From NCBI GenBank assembly GCA_048938445.1, contig JBHLME010000023.1:1-42936 (forward strand): DNA of 42,936 nt, read 5' to 3'. The position numbers and the translations under genes were made by a program. Below, one piece after another: positions 29,754-39,697 of the stretch. The notes beneath the pieces were generated by a model. It had not been told where the DNA came from. It did no database searches and worked only from the letters and a program-made list of their open reading frames with translations. Source of the stretch: Promethearchaeota archaeon (GTDB lineage: Archaea > Asgardarchaeota > Lokiarchaeia > Sigyniarchaeales > SOKP01). Every line of letters begins with the position of its first letter. Position 1 is the first letter of the stretch.

Positions 29754-30278
29754 CTATCGGGTAAAAGAAAAATCTTTATTCAAGAGTTTTGTATAATCTT
29801 CCAATGTGCTTAAAATCTCTTTTAAAGTTTTATTACTACATTCTCTACCAGATTCAAGAATATAGCTTTTATTTATGTTACCTTCAAAAGTGATTCTAAA
29901 GAATACTCTCCTTAAATTAAAATACTGATAAATTCTATTAATAGAAATTTTTTCTATCTCTGCCCAACTTATTCGAAGAATTTCTCGAGTAGGAGCATCA
30001 AATTCAATATAATCTTTAGTAATTATGAATCTTCTTTGCTTTGTTGCACCTAGAAATATTCGAAATATTAACAACAATGAAATTATTGCTGCGGCAATAC
30101 AAAGTCCAATTGATATGATAATTCTTAGATTAGGGTCTACATTTTCGACTGGTTGGATAAATGATGCCACGGGGATACCAATGGCTATTGCCCATATCCA
30201 AATCACGCAACAAATTCCAATAGAAAATTGTTTTTTTAAAGTCTCTTCTATTTCTAATTTATTAGGATCTTCCATCAT
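29754..30278 (-). CDS. Hypothetical protein with 2 TM helices and a beta-rich (bacterial PH-like) C-terminal domain
   Basis: Two hydrophobic helices, then FIITKDYIEF...ISWAEIEKI; GGAG SD upstream. Confidence 0.65.
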   Translation of the reverse strand: MMEDPNKLEIEETLKKQFSIGICCVIWIWAIAIGIPVASFIQPVENVDPNLRIIISIGLCIAAAIISLLLIFRIFLGATKQRRFIITKDYIEFDAPTREILRISWAEIEKISINRIYQYFNLRRVFFRITFEGNINKSYILESGRECSNKTLKEILSTLEDYTKLLNKDFSFTR

Positions 30279-30479
30279 AAATAACTCCTTTATTTAGCTA
30301 ATAGTTATCTTTTGAACTATATAAACTTTAATACAAAATTGTAAAAAAATTAAATCTGTTGATTTTATTTATATATATTCTTCTTTTTACAGTAGAACTT
30401 TCTCAAAAAGAATTATTATTAAAGAAGAAATAGGATTTTTAGTTGTCGCTCAAAGATAAATGAGAGTAAAAAATATGAA

Positions 30480-33400
30480 ATGTCAATTAGAAAAATTTTT
30501 CTATTTAAAAAATATATTCTAATACATAATCGTTATAATAATGAATCAAGGCTAATATCAATGTGTTCCTTCCATTTACCATGGATACCTGAGTTTGATT
30601 ATATTCAAGATAAAATCAAGAAACCAATCAAGATAGGTAGGGCCATTGATTATATTAAAGAAGAAATTTTAAAAAAAGAAATTTTTAAAAATAGCGAGAT
30701 CTTATTCTGGACTATTTTATCATTAGAACGGTTGAATAAATTAGAATTAATAGAAAATAAAAATCTGATAAAGAAATATATTATTGATCTAAAACATCCT
30801 GATGGTGGATATAAATCTTCTCCTGAAGATGATATTGAGCCCGATGTGTGTAGTTCATTTTATTGTATTGCAGTTTTGAAGATATTGGGATTTGAGAATA
30901 TCATAGAGGAGAAAGACATAAACTTTATTATTAAATCCCAAGGTTTAGCTTCTGGAAGTGATGGGGGATTCATTCATTGCAGATCTCCCTATTGCAGTAT
31001 AAATTGTGATGGCCGACCATCAATCAAATCTACTTTATATGCGCTTTCTATTTTATCTATAACGAATAACATTGATAAAATTGATAAAATAAGGTTGTTA
31101 TCATATTTAAGAAAATCCTTTCACGATGATTTAGATTCAATATTTCAAATATTTTGTTTAATCATTTTGAATGAATTGAATACTATAAATATTGAAAAAA
31201 AGGCGTCTCGTTGGAAAATTCTCTCCCTAGGTTTTAAAATTAACGAGGGGTACCCCTCGATCGAATATATATATTGGGCTTCGCTCTGTCTTAATTTAAT
31301 AAATAAACTTGAAGATGTTGAATTTGAAGTTATGATTAATTTCTTTAAAACAATGCAACAAGAAAATGGAGGATTTACAAACCAATATACAAGTATTAGC
31401 ACAATAGAACCTAGTTTATTAAGTACATGTCAAAGTATACTCTGTTTTTATTTAATTTGGGATGAATTAATCAATATTGTTGAAAAAGACATTATTTTAA
31501 GATCACAAGATAATCCTGAAATCTACTTTTTTCCAATTAGTAAAAAATATTCGATTCCATTAAAATTAGTAAAAAAAATAGCAATTTGGTTAATATCTAA
31601 TAACTGGATTGATGGTAAAATATTAGACAAAGCAGATCTCTATCAAAATTATTTTGACCATCAAAACATAATCCCACAAGAAATCATCAGTAAACTTATG
31701 GAACTAATAAAAACTAATATAAAAGACAATGAAATTGATTTGAATGAATTTAGTAAAAATTTCACCTTTTCTAATGCTTTAGAACGAGTAAAATTAGTAA
31801 TTAATGATTTAATCATCAATCAATTTTTAATGGGTAACATAAAATCTGTGAGAAGAAAATATATACTAGAGGATTATGCAATTCTTGGTGAATATATACA
31901 ACTCAATACTCCAGTGTTTTATAGAGAAATCCTCAATGAAAAATTAAGAATTAAGGATGCAATATATAAAATTGCTACAATAAGATATAAACTAATAGAT
32001 TTTATTAATAAAAATTCTCAAGAAGCTCAAATTTTAGCGGAAAAGGAAAAAATTCTTGAAGCTAAGGACAAAGTAAATCAAATTGGAGAATTTATTGGAA
32101 TTAAAATAAGAAATTTTGAAGGATTACTCAATCAAATTAAATCAAGCCACCATTTCGTAAATTCAAAGTTATTATTAGAAAAATTCGATGAGAATTGGTC
32201 AGTTATCGATAAATATATAGAAAAAATACTGTCAGAAGAAAAAGCAAAGCTTGTTGAAATTATCAAACAAAAAGAGAAAGATATCGCACATCGAATGGAA
32301 GAAGAAAAAGAAATGGGGATAATAAAGGAATTAAATTTAAATTTAGAAGAAATAGATAAGAAGTTCCATTTTCTACTTAACTTAACTGAACAAAAAGCAT
32401 CAAAAAAACTTTATAAGACTATTTTTGATTTTGTTGAACAGTCTAATGCAAATATGGAGACCATAATTAAAGAAAAAACACCTGAAATTAAGTTAGACCC
32501 ATTTAAGACAGAATTTAATAATATAAAACAGTCTTGGGGAGAAAAACAAGAAAATTTGCACGATTTTTTAAAGATTTATCAAAGTGTAATAGATAATGGT
32601 CGAGAATTAAAAAATTTCATTAATACAAGGATTTCTAGACTACAGAAATTGATTGAAGAAAAAAGTATCCAAATAATTAAAATGATAAATGAAAATAAAC
32701 TCCATGAAAGTTCCACGTTATTAGATAATAATATTATTAGTATAAAGGAGTTATTTCAAGAGGAAAACAGAGAATTTTATGATAAAATTAATGAGGTTGA
32801 AGAAAAGATAGATATCTTCTCTATATATACAACTGAACTTAAAATATCTTGGGATATTAAATTAAATCAAGAAAAAAAGAACTGGGATGATGTTGCAGGA
32901 GAACTTAAGGAAAAAATCTATTCAAGTATGGAAAAATTGAAAAAAGATGAATTAGTACAGAGACTGGTTGAAAATGTTGATGATCTAAAGTGGTTAATGA
33001 ATAATATGAAATTAACAACTGAGTCATTAATAAAAGCTAAAAACTTAAAGGATGCTCAAAATAAAAGCAAGGATTTAGAAATAGAATTAAATCAAAGATT
33101 AGAAAAGTATGATAAAGAATTTAAAGATTATATAAAGATTTCAATTCAAGAATTTAATGAAATTAGTAAAATTGAAAAAGAATTAATTAAAGAATGGGAC
33201 GCAAGAAAAAAAGAAATTTTTCATTCACTTGAAGAAATTAAATTAGATTTAGCAGAGCATATGGATACTACAGGTTCAGCTGAAAAAAAATCTAAATTAC
33301 AGGATTTAATTAGAGATGGTCATTCGAAAATCGAAAATGAATTAAATAAATTCGAGTTAAATTATCATGATGTCCTAAAATTTAAAAAAAATATTGATAA

Positions 33401-34274
33401 ATTCGAGCAAAAATTTCATTCAGATGCAGAACACATAAAAGATTATATAAAAACCTTAGATGAAGATATTAAGCAATTCATAAAAACAGAATCCCGCGAA
33501 TTTAAACATTTTAATGAATTAATTTTAAAAGAATTAGAATTTTGGGATACAACTAAACTATCATTAAAAGATAGTTTAGACTCAATTTATGAAAAAGTAG
33601 ATGAAAAATTCTTCATCAAGAAAGTTCACTATTACGTAAATGCCTTCAAGGGAAAGAGAATTGATCTGAAATCTTTAAGTGAAATGATGAAGATTAAAAC
33701 AAAACCATTAAAATTAAAATTAATTGACTTAATTTCAAATTCCAAGTTAATTGGAGAGTTAGATTCGACTAATAATACATTAAGTTTATTGGATGCTCCC
33801 TTAGGAGAACAGTACTCCTATAAAAAGAGTTCTACAAAAGAAAAATTAAAAAAAGAAACCGATCCAACGAAACGAGACATTTTAAGTCTACGTTATATTA
33901 TTGTCGTTCACACTCAAGTAGGTGCAACAATATATAACCGGAAATTAGGAGATTGGCAGATGGAGGCAGATTTAATTGGAGGATTTCTTTCAGCCATACA
34001 AGATTTTAGTCTTGAAATAAAAAAGAAACAAATTCCAATAGAAAAGATGGCTTATAAAGAGTTTGAGATAATGTTGGAACAAGGAAATTATGTCCTGATA
34101 GCTTTATTTATAGATGGAAAAGGTTCAGATTGGATACGAGAAAAACAGAAATTATTTGTAAAGAAATTTGAAAAATATTATGAGTCAAACTTGAAAAATT
34201 GGAGAGGAGAATTAACTCATTTTAGCAATGCGGGTTATTTAGTTGATGAAGTATTTGAATTATATCGTGTGTGA
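30480..34274 (+). CDS. Large multidomain protein: prenyltransferase-beta-like repeats, PCI-like winged helices, helical rod and C-terminal longin-like domain (start possibly ATG at 30561)
   Basis: HPDGGY, SQ...DGGF and QQENGGF repeats; RIDLKSLSEMM...LIDLISNSKLIGELD; ADLIGGFLSAIQDFS...FEKYY...NWRG. Confidence 0.75.
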   Translation: MSIRKIFLFKKYILIHNRYNNESRLISMCSFHLPWIPEFDYIQDKIKKPIKIGRAIDYIKEEILKKEIFKNSEILFWTILSLERLNKLELIENKNLIKKYIIDLKHPDGGYKSSPEDDIEPDVCSSFYCIAVLKILGFENIIEEKDINFIIKSQGLASGSDGGFIHCRSPYCSINCDGRPSIKSTLYALSILSITNNIDKIDKIRLLSYLRKSFHDDLDSIFQIFCLIILNELNTINIEKKASRWKILSLGFKINEGYPSIEYIYWASLCLNLINKLEDVEFEVMINFFKTMQQENGGFTNQYTSISTIEPSLLSTCQSILCFYLIWDELINIVEKDIILRSQDNPEIYFFPISKKYSIPLKLVKKIAIWLISNNWIDGKILDKADLYQNYFDHQNIIPQEIISKLMELIKTNIKDNEIDLNEFSKNFTFSNALERVKLVINDLIINQFLMGNIKSVRRKYILEDYAILGEYIQLNTPVFYREILNEKLRIKDAIYKIATIRYKLIDFINKNSQEAQILAEKEKILEAKDKVNQIGEFIGIKIRNFEGLLNQIKSSHHFVNSKLLLEKFDENWSVIDKYIEKILSEEKAKLVEIIKQKEKDIAHRMEEEKEMGIIKELNLNLEEIDKKFHFLLNLTEQKASKKLYKTIFDFVEQSNANMETIIKEKTPEIKLDPFKTEFNNIKQSWGEKQENLHDFLKIYQSVIDNGRELKNFINTRISRLQKLIEEKSIQIIKMINENKLHESSTLLDNNIISIKELFQEENREFYDKINEVEEKIDIFSIYTTELKISWDIKLNQEKKNWDDVAGELKEKIYSSMEKLKKDELVQRLVENVDDLKWLMNNMKLTTESLIKAKNLKDAQNKSKDLEIELNQRLEKYDKEFKDYIKISIQEFNEISKIEKELIKEWDARKKEIFHSLEEIKLDLAEHMDTTGSAEKKSKLQDLIRDGHSKIENELNKFELNYHDVLKFKKNIDKFEQKFHSDAEHIKDYIKTLDEDIKQFIKTESREFKHFNELILKELEFWDTTKLSLKDSLDSIYEKVDEKFFIKKVHYYVNAFKGKRIDLKSLSEMMKIKTKPLKLKLIDLISNSKLIGELDSTNNTLSLLDAPLGEQYSYKKSSTKEKLKKETDPTKRDILSLRYIIVVHTQVGATIYNRKLGDWQMEADLIGGFLSAIQDFSLEIKKKQIPIEKMAYKEFEIMLEQGNYVLIALFIDGKGSDWIREKQKLFVKKFEKYYESNLKNWRGELTHFSNAGYLVDEVFELYRV

Positions 34275-34286
34275 TACAATTATAGA

Positions 34287-34748
34287 TTATAAGAAATTTA
34301 TTTGAATCGTAATATTCGTTTCTGCAAATACCTCCTTAATAGTCCTGCTGATTTTATTCCAATTACCTCCATCCAATCCACTAGCTATTTTGGGCATTGC
34401 TAAAAATTGCTCTCCTTCACTAATCATTTGATCTCTCATATTTTTAAGTGTATGAAAAAGTTGTCGATAATAATTTTCTTCATAATCACCTTTAGCTTTT
34501 TGCCATACCTTATGTTTTGTAACCAAGTTATAAATTGTATGACCACTCTCTTGATACTTTACTGCTTTTCCAACTTCTAATTTTTGGGAAATCTTTTCTG
34601 CCATCTTTGGGTAGAAATTTCGAAAAATCTTCGCTATACCTTTATTCATATTTTTTTCTTTAGTCACATCAGCAGATATGCAATGTGCTAATACCCATTT
34701 ATTTCTATCAACATCAAATAAATCTCCTTTCATTTCCTGATATTTCAT
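34287..34748 (-). CDS. Macrodomain protein, TARG1/OARD1(Poa1p)-like ADP-ribose hydrolase
   Basis: GDLF, AHCISAD, GIA..F, YNLVTK, MPKIASGLDGGNW; AGGAG SD. Confidence 0.85.
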   Translation of the reverse strand: MKYQEMKGDLFDVDRNKWVLAHCISADVTKEKNMNKGIAKIFRNFYPKMAEKISQKLEVGKAVKYQESGHTIYNLVTKHKVWQKAKGDYEENYYRQLFHTLKNMRDQMISEGEQFLAMPKIASGLDGGNWNKISRTIKEVFAETNITIQINFL

Positions 34749-34905
34749 CTTTTAATACTCCTTTTGTATCAAGAAAGATTAATTATTATTGCTAAATTGT
34801 TTAGAACTATTAATTTAAATTCTTAAAAAATATTTTATTGAAATTAAAATTAATATTATTAACATATAGATCAAATCATATATTAATAAATTTAGAGCAA
34901 GCATA

Positions 34906-36162
34906 ATGGATATTAAATCTGAAATGTTTAAGATTGGAGAAAAAGCATCTCATGCTGCTTTTTTGCTAAAAAATATATCAACTCCTTTAAAAAATAATGC
35001 ATTGATGCGAATGGCAGATGAGTTAGAGAACCAATCTGAAAAAATTATTAATGAAAATAAAAAAGACTTAGAAAATGCTAAAAAAAATAATTTAGAACAA
35101 GCAAAAATTGATCGATTGATATTAAACTCGGAAAAAATACATAAAATTTCTGAAGGATTACGGGAGATTGCATTACTTCAAGATCCAATAAATGAAGTTA
35201 TATCAATGTGGCGTAGACCTAATGGAATGGACATAGGATTAGTAAGAGTACCTTTAGGTGTAATCGGAATTATTTATGAATCTCGTCCTAATGTTACCGC
35301 AGATGCAACAGGATTGTGTCTTAAAGCAGGAAATGCGATCATCCTCCGGGGTGGTAGTGAAGCAATAAATTCTAATATTATTATTGCGGATATCCTAAAT
35401 CAAGCTGCAGTTAAGGAAGGATTACCCGAAAATTGTGTTCAAATCATTAGAGATACAAATCGAGAATATGTGGGGGAAATGTTGAAACTAAAAGAATATA
35501 TTGATGTAATTATTCCCAGAGGAGGCGAATCTTTAATAAAAAGAGTGATTGAAAACTCTACCGTGCCTACTATTGAAACGGGTATTGGAATAGTGAGTTT
35601 GTTCGTTAATCATGATGCAGATCTAGATATGGCTGATCAAATAATTATTAATTCTAAATGTTCTTATCCTGCTGTATGCAATGCATTAGATAAACTACTC
35701 ATACATGATAAAATCAAGGATGAATATGTACCTCGTATAGTAAAGCTACTACATGCAAATGGGGTTGAAATTAGAGGTTGTGAGAAAACCCGAGCAATCA
35801 TCCCTGACATTATTCCAGCTACTGAAGAGGATTGGGGTGCAGAATATTTATCATTGAAAATTTGTATTCGAATTGTTAATGATATTGATGAAGCAATTAA
35901 AATAATAACAAAATACGATTCCAAGCATACAGAATCTATACTTACGAACAATTACAAGGATTCAAGGAAATTTTTAAATCAAGTCGATGCTGCTGCTGTT
36001 TATGTTAATGCATCCACGCGATTAACTGATGGGGGTGTTTTTGGTTTAGGAGCAGAAATAGGTATCTCAACACAAAAACTACATGCACGAGGTCCAATGG
36101 GTATAAAACAACTTACATCAACAAAATATATTATATATGGTAATGGCCAAATAAGAGATTAG
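34906..36162 (+). CDS. proA: Gamma-glutamyl phosphate reductase
   Basis: RVPLGVIGIIYESRPNVT, VCNA catalytic Cys, GAEIGISTQKLHARGPMG. Confidence 0.97.
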   Translation: MDIKSEMFKIGEKASHAAFLLKNISTPLKNNALMRMADELENQSEKIINENKKDLENAKKNNLEQAKIDRLILNSEKIHKISEGLREIALLQDPINEVISMWRRPNGMDIGLVRVPLGVIGIIYESRPNVTADATGLCLKAGNAIILRGGSEAINSNIIIADILNQAAVKEGLPENCVQIIRDTNREYVGEMLKLKEYIDVIIPRGGESLIKRVIENSTVPTIETGIGIVSLFVNHDADLDMADQIIINSKCSYPAVCNALDKLLIHDKIKDEYVPRIVKLLHANGVEIRGCEKTRAIIPDIIPATEEDWGAEYLSLKICIRIVNDIDEAIKIITKYDSKHTESILTNNYKDSRKFLNQVDAAAVYVNASTRLTDGGVFGLGAEIGISTQKLHARGPMGIKQLTSTKYIIYGNGQIRD

Positions 36163-36237
36163 ATATATTCTATTTATCATTTTTTAAACAAATTTTAGGA
36201 TGTTATATAAAAAAATACAAAGACCACTTCTATAATA

Positions 36238-36900
36238 ATGATTGAAATTTTTTTCGTTTCTTTTTTAGTTGCTTTAACTGGGGCGTTATCACCTGGCCCC
36301 GTTCTAACTTTTACTGTTTATAAATCACTTCAAGGTAAAAAAGGGTACATGGCGGGACTTTTTATATCATTAGGTCATGCTTCATTGGAACTTGGTTTAC
36401 TTACATTAATACTTTTAGGTGCTTCTGTGATCTTTCAAAATGTAATCATATTAATTATAATAGGCATTGCTGGTGGAATATTATTAATGTTATATGGTAT
36501 TTTAACGATAAGGAGTGTTTATAAAAGAGAATATGATATTGATTTTTCATTAAAAAACGAGAACATTAAAGGTTTTCAGGGAAATAGCTTTCTCGGCGGG
36601 ATCGTCACAAGTTTATCTAATCCTTATTGGATAGGTTGGTGGATAACAGTGGGATTAGGGATAATGGTTCAATTTAATCTTTTAACTTTTAAAAATCCTT
36701 TAGGAATCATCTTATTTTATTTAGGACATGAACTTGGTGACTTAATATGGTTTGGTCCTATTTCCATTTTTGTTTTTTTAGGAGCAAAATCATTAAATTC
36801 AAAAGTTTATAAATATGTATTAATTGGTTGCGGATTATTCATGTTAATTTTTGGAGGAATATTATTGTTCAGAACTATTTTATTTCCTCCAAGCGTATGA
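36238..36900 (+). CDS. LysE-family translocator
   Basis: GALSPGP, LGHA..E, SLSNPYW..WW; about six TM helices. Confidence 0.9.
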   Translation: MIEIFFVSFLVALTGALSPGPVLTFTVYKSLQGKKGYMAGLFISLGHASLELGLLTLILLGASVIFQNVIILIIIGIAGGILLMLYGILTIRSVYKREYDIDFSLKNENIKGFQGNSFLGGIVTSLSNPYWIGWWITVGLGIMVQFNLLTFKNPLGIILFYLGHELGDLIWFGPISIFVFLGAKSLNSKVYKYVLIGCGLFMLIFGGILLFRTILFPPSV

Positions 36901-37024
36901 AAAGGATATTCTATTTTTTTAATTTTTTATTTCTGTATTACCTGCATATTACAACATAATTTAGTTCATTTTTTTTTTTGAATTTGTAACTGCAAATAAT
37001 TAAAAAATATTCAGTTCGTATAAC

Positions 37025-37282
37025 ATGGAGGATTTCAGATCAGAAACACGGATTTTAGTAAAAAAATTACTAGCTATCTGTCCCCATTGCAAGAAACAGA
37101 TATATGGAAATGACATAAATCTAGCAAATATCGATAAGACCAAGATTAAAAGTTGGCCTTTACCTTATGTTTATTGCCATTCTCATGAGAATTGGCCAAT
37201 GCATGCTCTTACTATGTATTTGGATTCAACACTAACTGTTCGTGCAAGGGAAGTTTCCGATTATATAACCATTCAAAAATAA
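37025..37282 (+). CDS. Small putative Zn-binding protein
   Basis: CPHC plus YCHSH...MHALTMYLDS...VR. Confidence 0.7.
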   Translation: MEDFRSETRILVKKLLAICPHCKKQIYGNDINLANIDKTKIKSWPLPYVYCHSHENWPMHALTMYLDSTLTVRAREVSDYITIQK

Positions 37283-37323
37283 TAATTATAACTTCAATTA
37301 AATTCTAAAGGTGGTTTGATAAA

Positions 37324-37509
37324 ATGTTGAAAGAAATTGAAGATAGAATTAGTGGTTTAGAACAAGCGACAGAAATCTTGCGAGATCATGTATTTCAACA
37401 TGGACACCGCATGGAATCTAAACCCCTTGAGTTCATAACTAAACAAATCGATAATTTTAAAAGAGAAATAAAGATAAGAAAAGATTTCCCTATTTTAAAA
37501 GATTTATAA
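37324..37509 (+). CDS. Small helical hypothetical protein
   Basis: 61-aa ORF preceded by GGTGG SD-like sequence; amphipathic. Confidence 0.6.
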   Translation: MLKEIEDRISGLEQATEILRDHVFQHGHRMESKPLEFITKQIDNFKREIKIRKDFPILKDL

Positions 37510-37542
37510 CTGATATTAATTTTATTAAAAAATTTCTATTTT

Positions 37543-39597
37543 TCATTCTCCTTCTTGAACATCGAAAAGATCAGAATTAGGATCCAGAAATACATTTTGG
37601 CATGTAGGGCATGAATTATATTTTGATAACCAAAATGCAACACATAAATAATGATATGTATTCTCACAAAATGGGCATTTAATGATATTATCCTTGGCAA
37701 AATTTATAAATTCATGACACACCGTGCATTTTACAGTCGAATCTACTATTCCTTCCTTAGTTTTTACGCGAATTGTTAAAATTTCTTCAATTTTAGATAA
37801 TTCTTGACGATATAATTCAGTTATAGTCTCATTTTTTTTAATTGTTGCCTGCAATTCAGAAATCCTTTCTTTAAGTTCTTCAATAGTCATTTTATCTGCT
37901 AATACATCTGACAAGGCAAAATTGAGTGGTATCTCATTAATGTCCGTCTTATTATCCGAAATTTCTGTTATTGTATCGAACAATGTTTCTTCTTCTTCTA
38001 TCAATGTTTTAAAATTCTTAAAAATCTTATTTAACATTAATGAGAGGAGGAAACTTAATTGTTGCCGTTTTTTATGAAAATTATCTTCCCACTGCTTAAT
38101 AATTTGATACATGTCAATATCTTTTGTTTTAAATGAATCTAATTTCTTAAAAACCTCTTCCTTGATAATGCTAATCTTTTCCTTGTAATCACTCAAAATT
38201 TTTCTAATTTGCTTGAGTTGTGGAAATTCTTCTCTTATTATCATAGAAGTTTCGTCTTCATATGTACTTATATATTCATTTAATTCCTTAATTTTTTCTA
38301 AAACAAAATTTTGAATATTTTCTCGTAATCTTTCCTTTTTGACCGTCTTTAAATAGAATTCGTACTCATTCTTTCTTCGAGTAATTTCAGAAGTTATGTT
38401 GATAATGATTTTATTCAATGATTCAACAATTGAATCATATGGTTTGAGTATATCTTCAAATATTGCGATATTGTTTTCTAAATCTTCCATTATAGATGAT
38501 AAAATATCAACTTTGGTTGAATATGATTCAATAATGTTCTTAAATTCATCCAGATCACTCACTTCATTTATGATTTTTTGATATTTTTTTTCTAATCCAT
38601 TAAAATAATATTCCATGATTTTTGGTAAAAAAATACTAATTTTCTGGTTTAGAAGGTCTTCCAAATCTACTTTTTGATGTTCAGGTCCAATATCATGATA
38701 TTTGTTTAATTCACTGATCTCATTGATGATATCATTTAATTTATCCGCAATCAACTCCTTAATTATAGGTTGGATGAAAATTTTTAATTTATGTCTTATT
38801 TCTTTTGTATCAACAATATTTTTGAATTCGTCCTTAATTTCTTTAATATATTTATTTTTATAAATTAAAAATATTAGTTCCATGTAAATTTCAAAATCTT
38901 TACTGTATTTTTCAGAAATAAAATCATAAACATCTTTAAAATAAAACGCGTCCAACTCTTGTTTTTTCTTCTTTTTACCTTGAGGTTTATTTAAACTAAC
39001 AATGTATGTTTTTAAATCCTTGATCTCTTCCCAATATTCGATAACTGCGGGGATATTTGTGATATTGAAAAGTGAATTTTTGATTTGATTAGTTTCAATC
39101 CAAATATAGGATTGATTTTCATATTTTTTGTCAGGATTTTGAGTTATATTCTCTATATCTGAAATTAGCGCTTTACATTCTTCAGCTAGATCTTGGACTA
39201 AATTTAATAGGGTGTCTAAAAATACATTTTGCTTTATAAGTCTTTTTGTATTTTGAGAGTTCAAGCTTAAATTATGTAAGTTTTTTGAAATTAACTTGAG
39301 TTCATTTAAAATATTGGATTTTAAATTATAGTTATTAGTTATATTATTTCTTGATTTAATATCTTCATTTAATATTTGTTCTATAAAATTTTTTATATGA
39401 GAAAAATAAAGTGAATAATAATCAAGAACATTCTGATAAGAAAATTTTTCATTCAAATAATCATTTAATTTTTCTTGATCGGCGTTTTCTGCCTTTAAAT
39501 TTGAAATCTCTCTTTTAATTTCCAATATCTCATCTTTTGAAAAACTATTTATTTCTCTTAATCCAGCGAAATTATTTTTTATTAACTTCAAAGTCAA
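37543..39597 (-). CDS. Long helical/coiled-coil protein with C-terminal RING-type (C4HC3) zinc finger, putative E3 ligase
   Basis: CTVC-x13-CPFC-x4-H-x2-C-x3-W-x6-CPTC at about 37597-37728; TTG start. Confidence 0.8.
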   Translation of the reverse strand: MTLKLIKNNFAGLREINSFSKDEILEIKREISNLKAENADQEKLNDYLNEKFSYQNVLDYYSLYFSHIKNFIEQILNEDIKSRNNITNNYNLKSNILNELKLISKNLHNLSLNSQNTKRLIKQNVFLDTLLNLVQDLAEECKALISDIENITQNPDKKYENQSYIWIETNQIKNSLFNITNIPAVIEYWEEIKDLKTYIVSLNKPQGKKKKKQELDAFYFKDVYDFISEKYSKDFEIYMELIFLIYKNKYIKEIKDEFKNIVDTKEIRHKLKIFIQPIIKELIADKLNDIINEISELNKYHDIGPEHQKVDLEDLLNQKISIFLPKIMEYYFNGLEKKYQKIINEVSDLDEFKNIIESYSTKVDILSSIMEDLENNIAIFEDILKPYDSIVESLNKIIINITSEITRRKNEYEFYLKTVKKERLRENIQNFVLEKIKELNEYISTYEDETSMIIREEFPQLKQIRKILSDYKEKISIIKEEVFKKLDSFKTKDIDMYQIIKQWEDNFHKKRQQLSFLLSLMLNKIFKNFKTLIEEEETLFDTITEISDNKTDINEIPLNFALSDVLADKMTIEELKERISELQATIKKNETITELYRQELSKIEEILTIRVKTKEGIVDSTVKCTVCHEFINFAKDNIIKCPFCENTYHYLCVAFWLSKYNSCPTCQNVFLDPNSDLFDVQEGE

Positions 39598-39697
39598 CTA
39601 CCCTAGAATCTAATCAATCAATTAAGATAAAACGGGATAAAATAAATTTTTTTTCAATTAATTAGAATACTTTTTTAAAAAAGGCTAAAAACTAAAG

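Noticed and set aside
30480-31470. Squalene-hopene or oxidosqualene cyclase
   Set aside because: No DXDD motif, only about one barrel's length, and the repeats read GGF/GGY rather than QW-type GxW.
34272-37545. Selenocysteine read-through at TGA stops (34274, 36900, 37543)
   Set aside because: The proteins appear complete at the TGA, downstream frames are short or low-complexity, and I recognised no SECIS.
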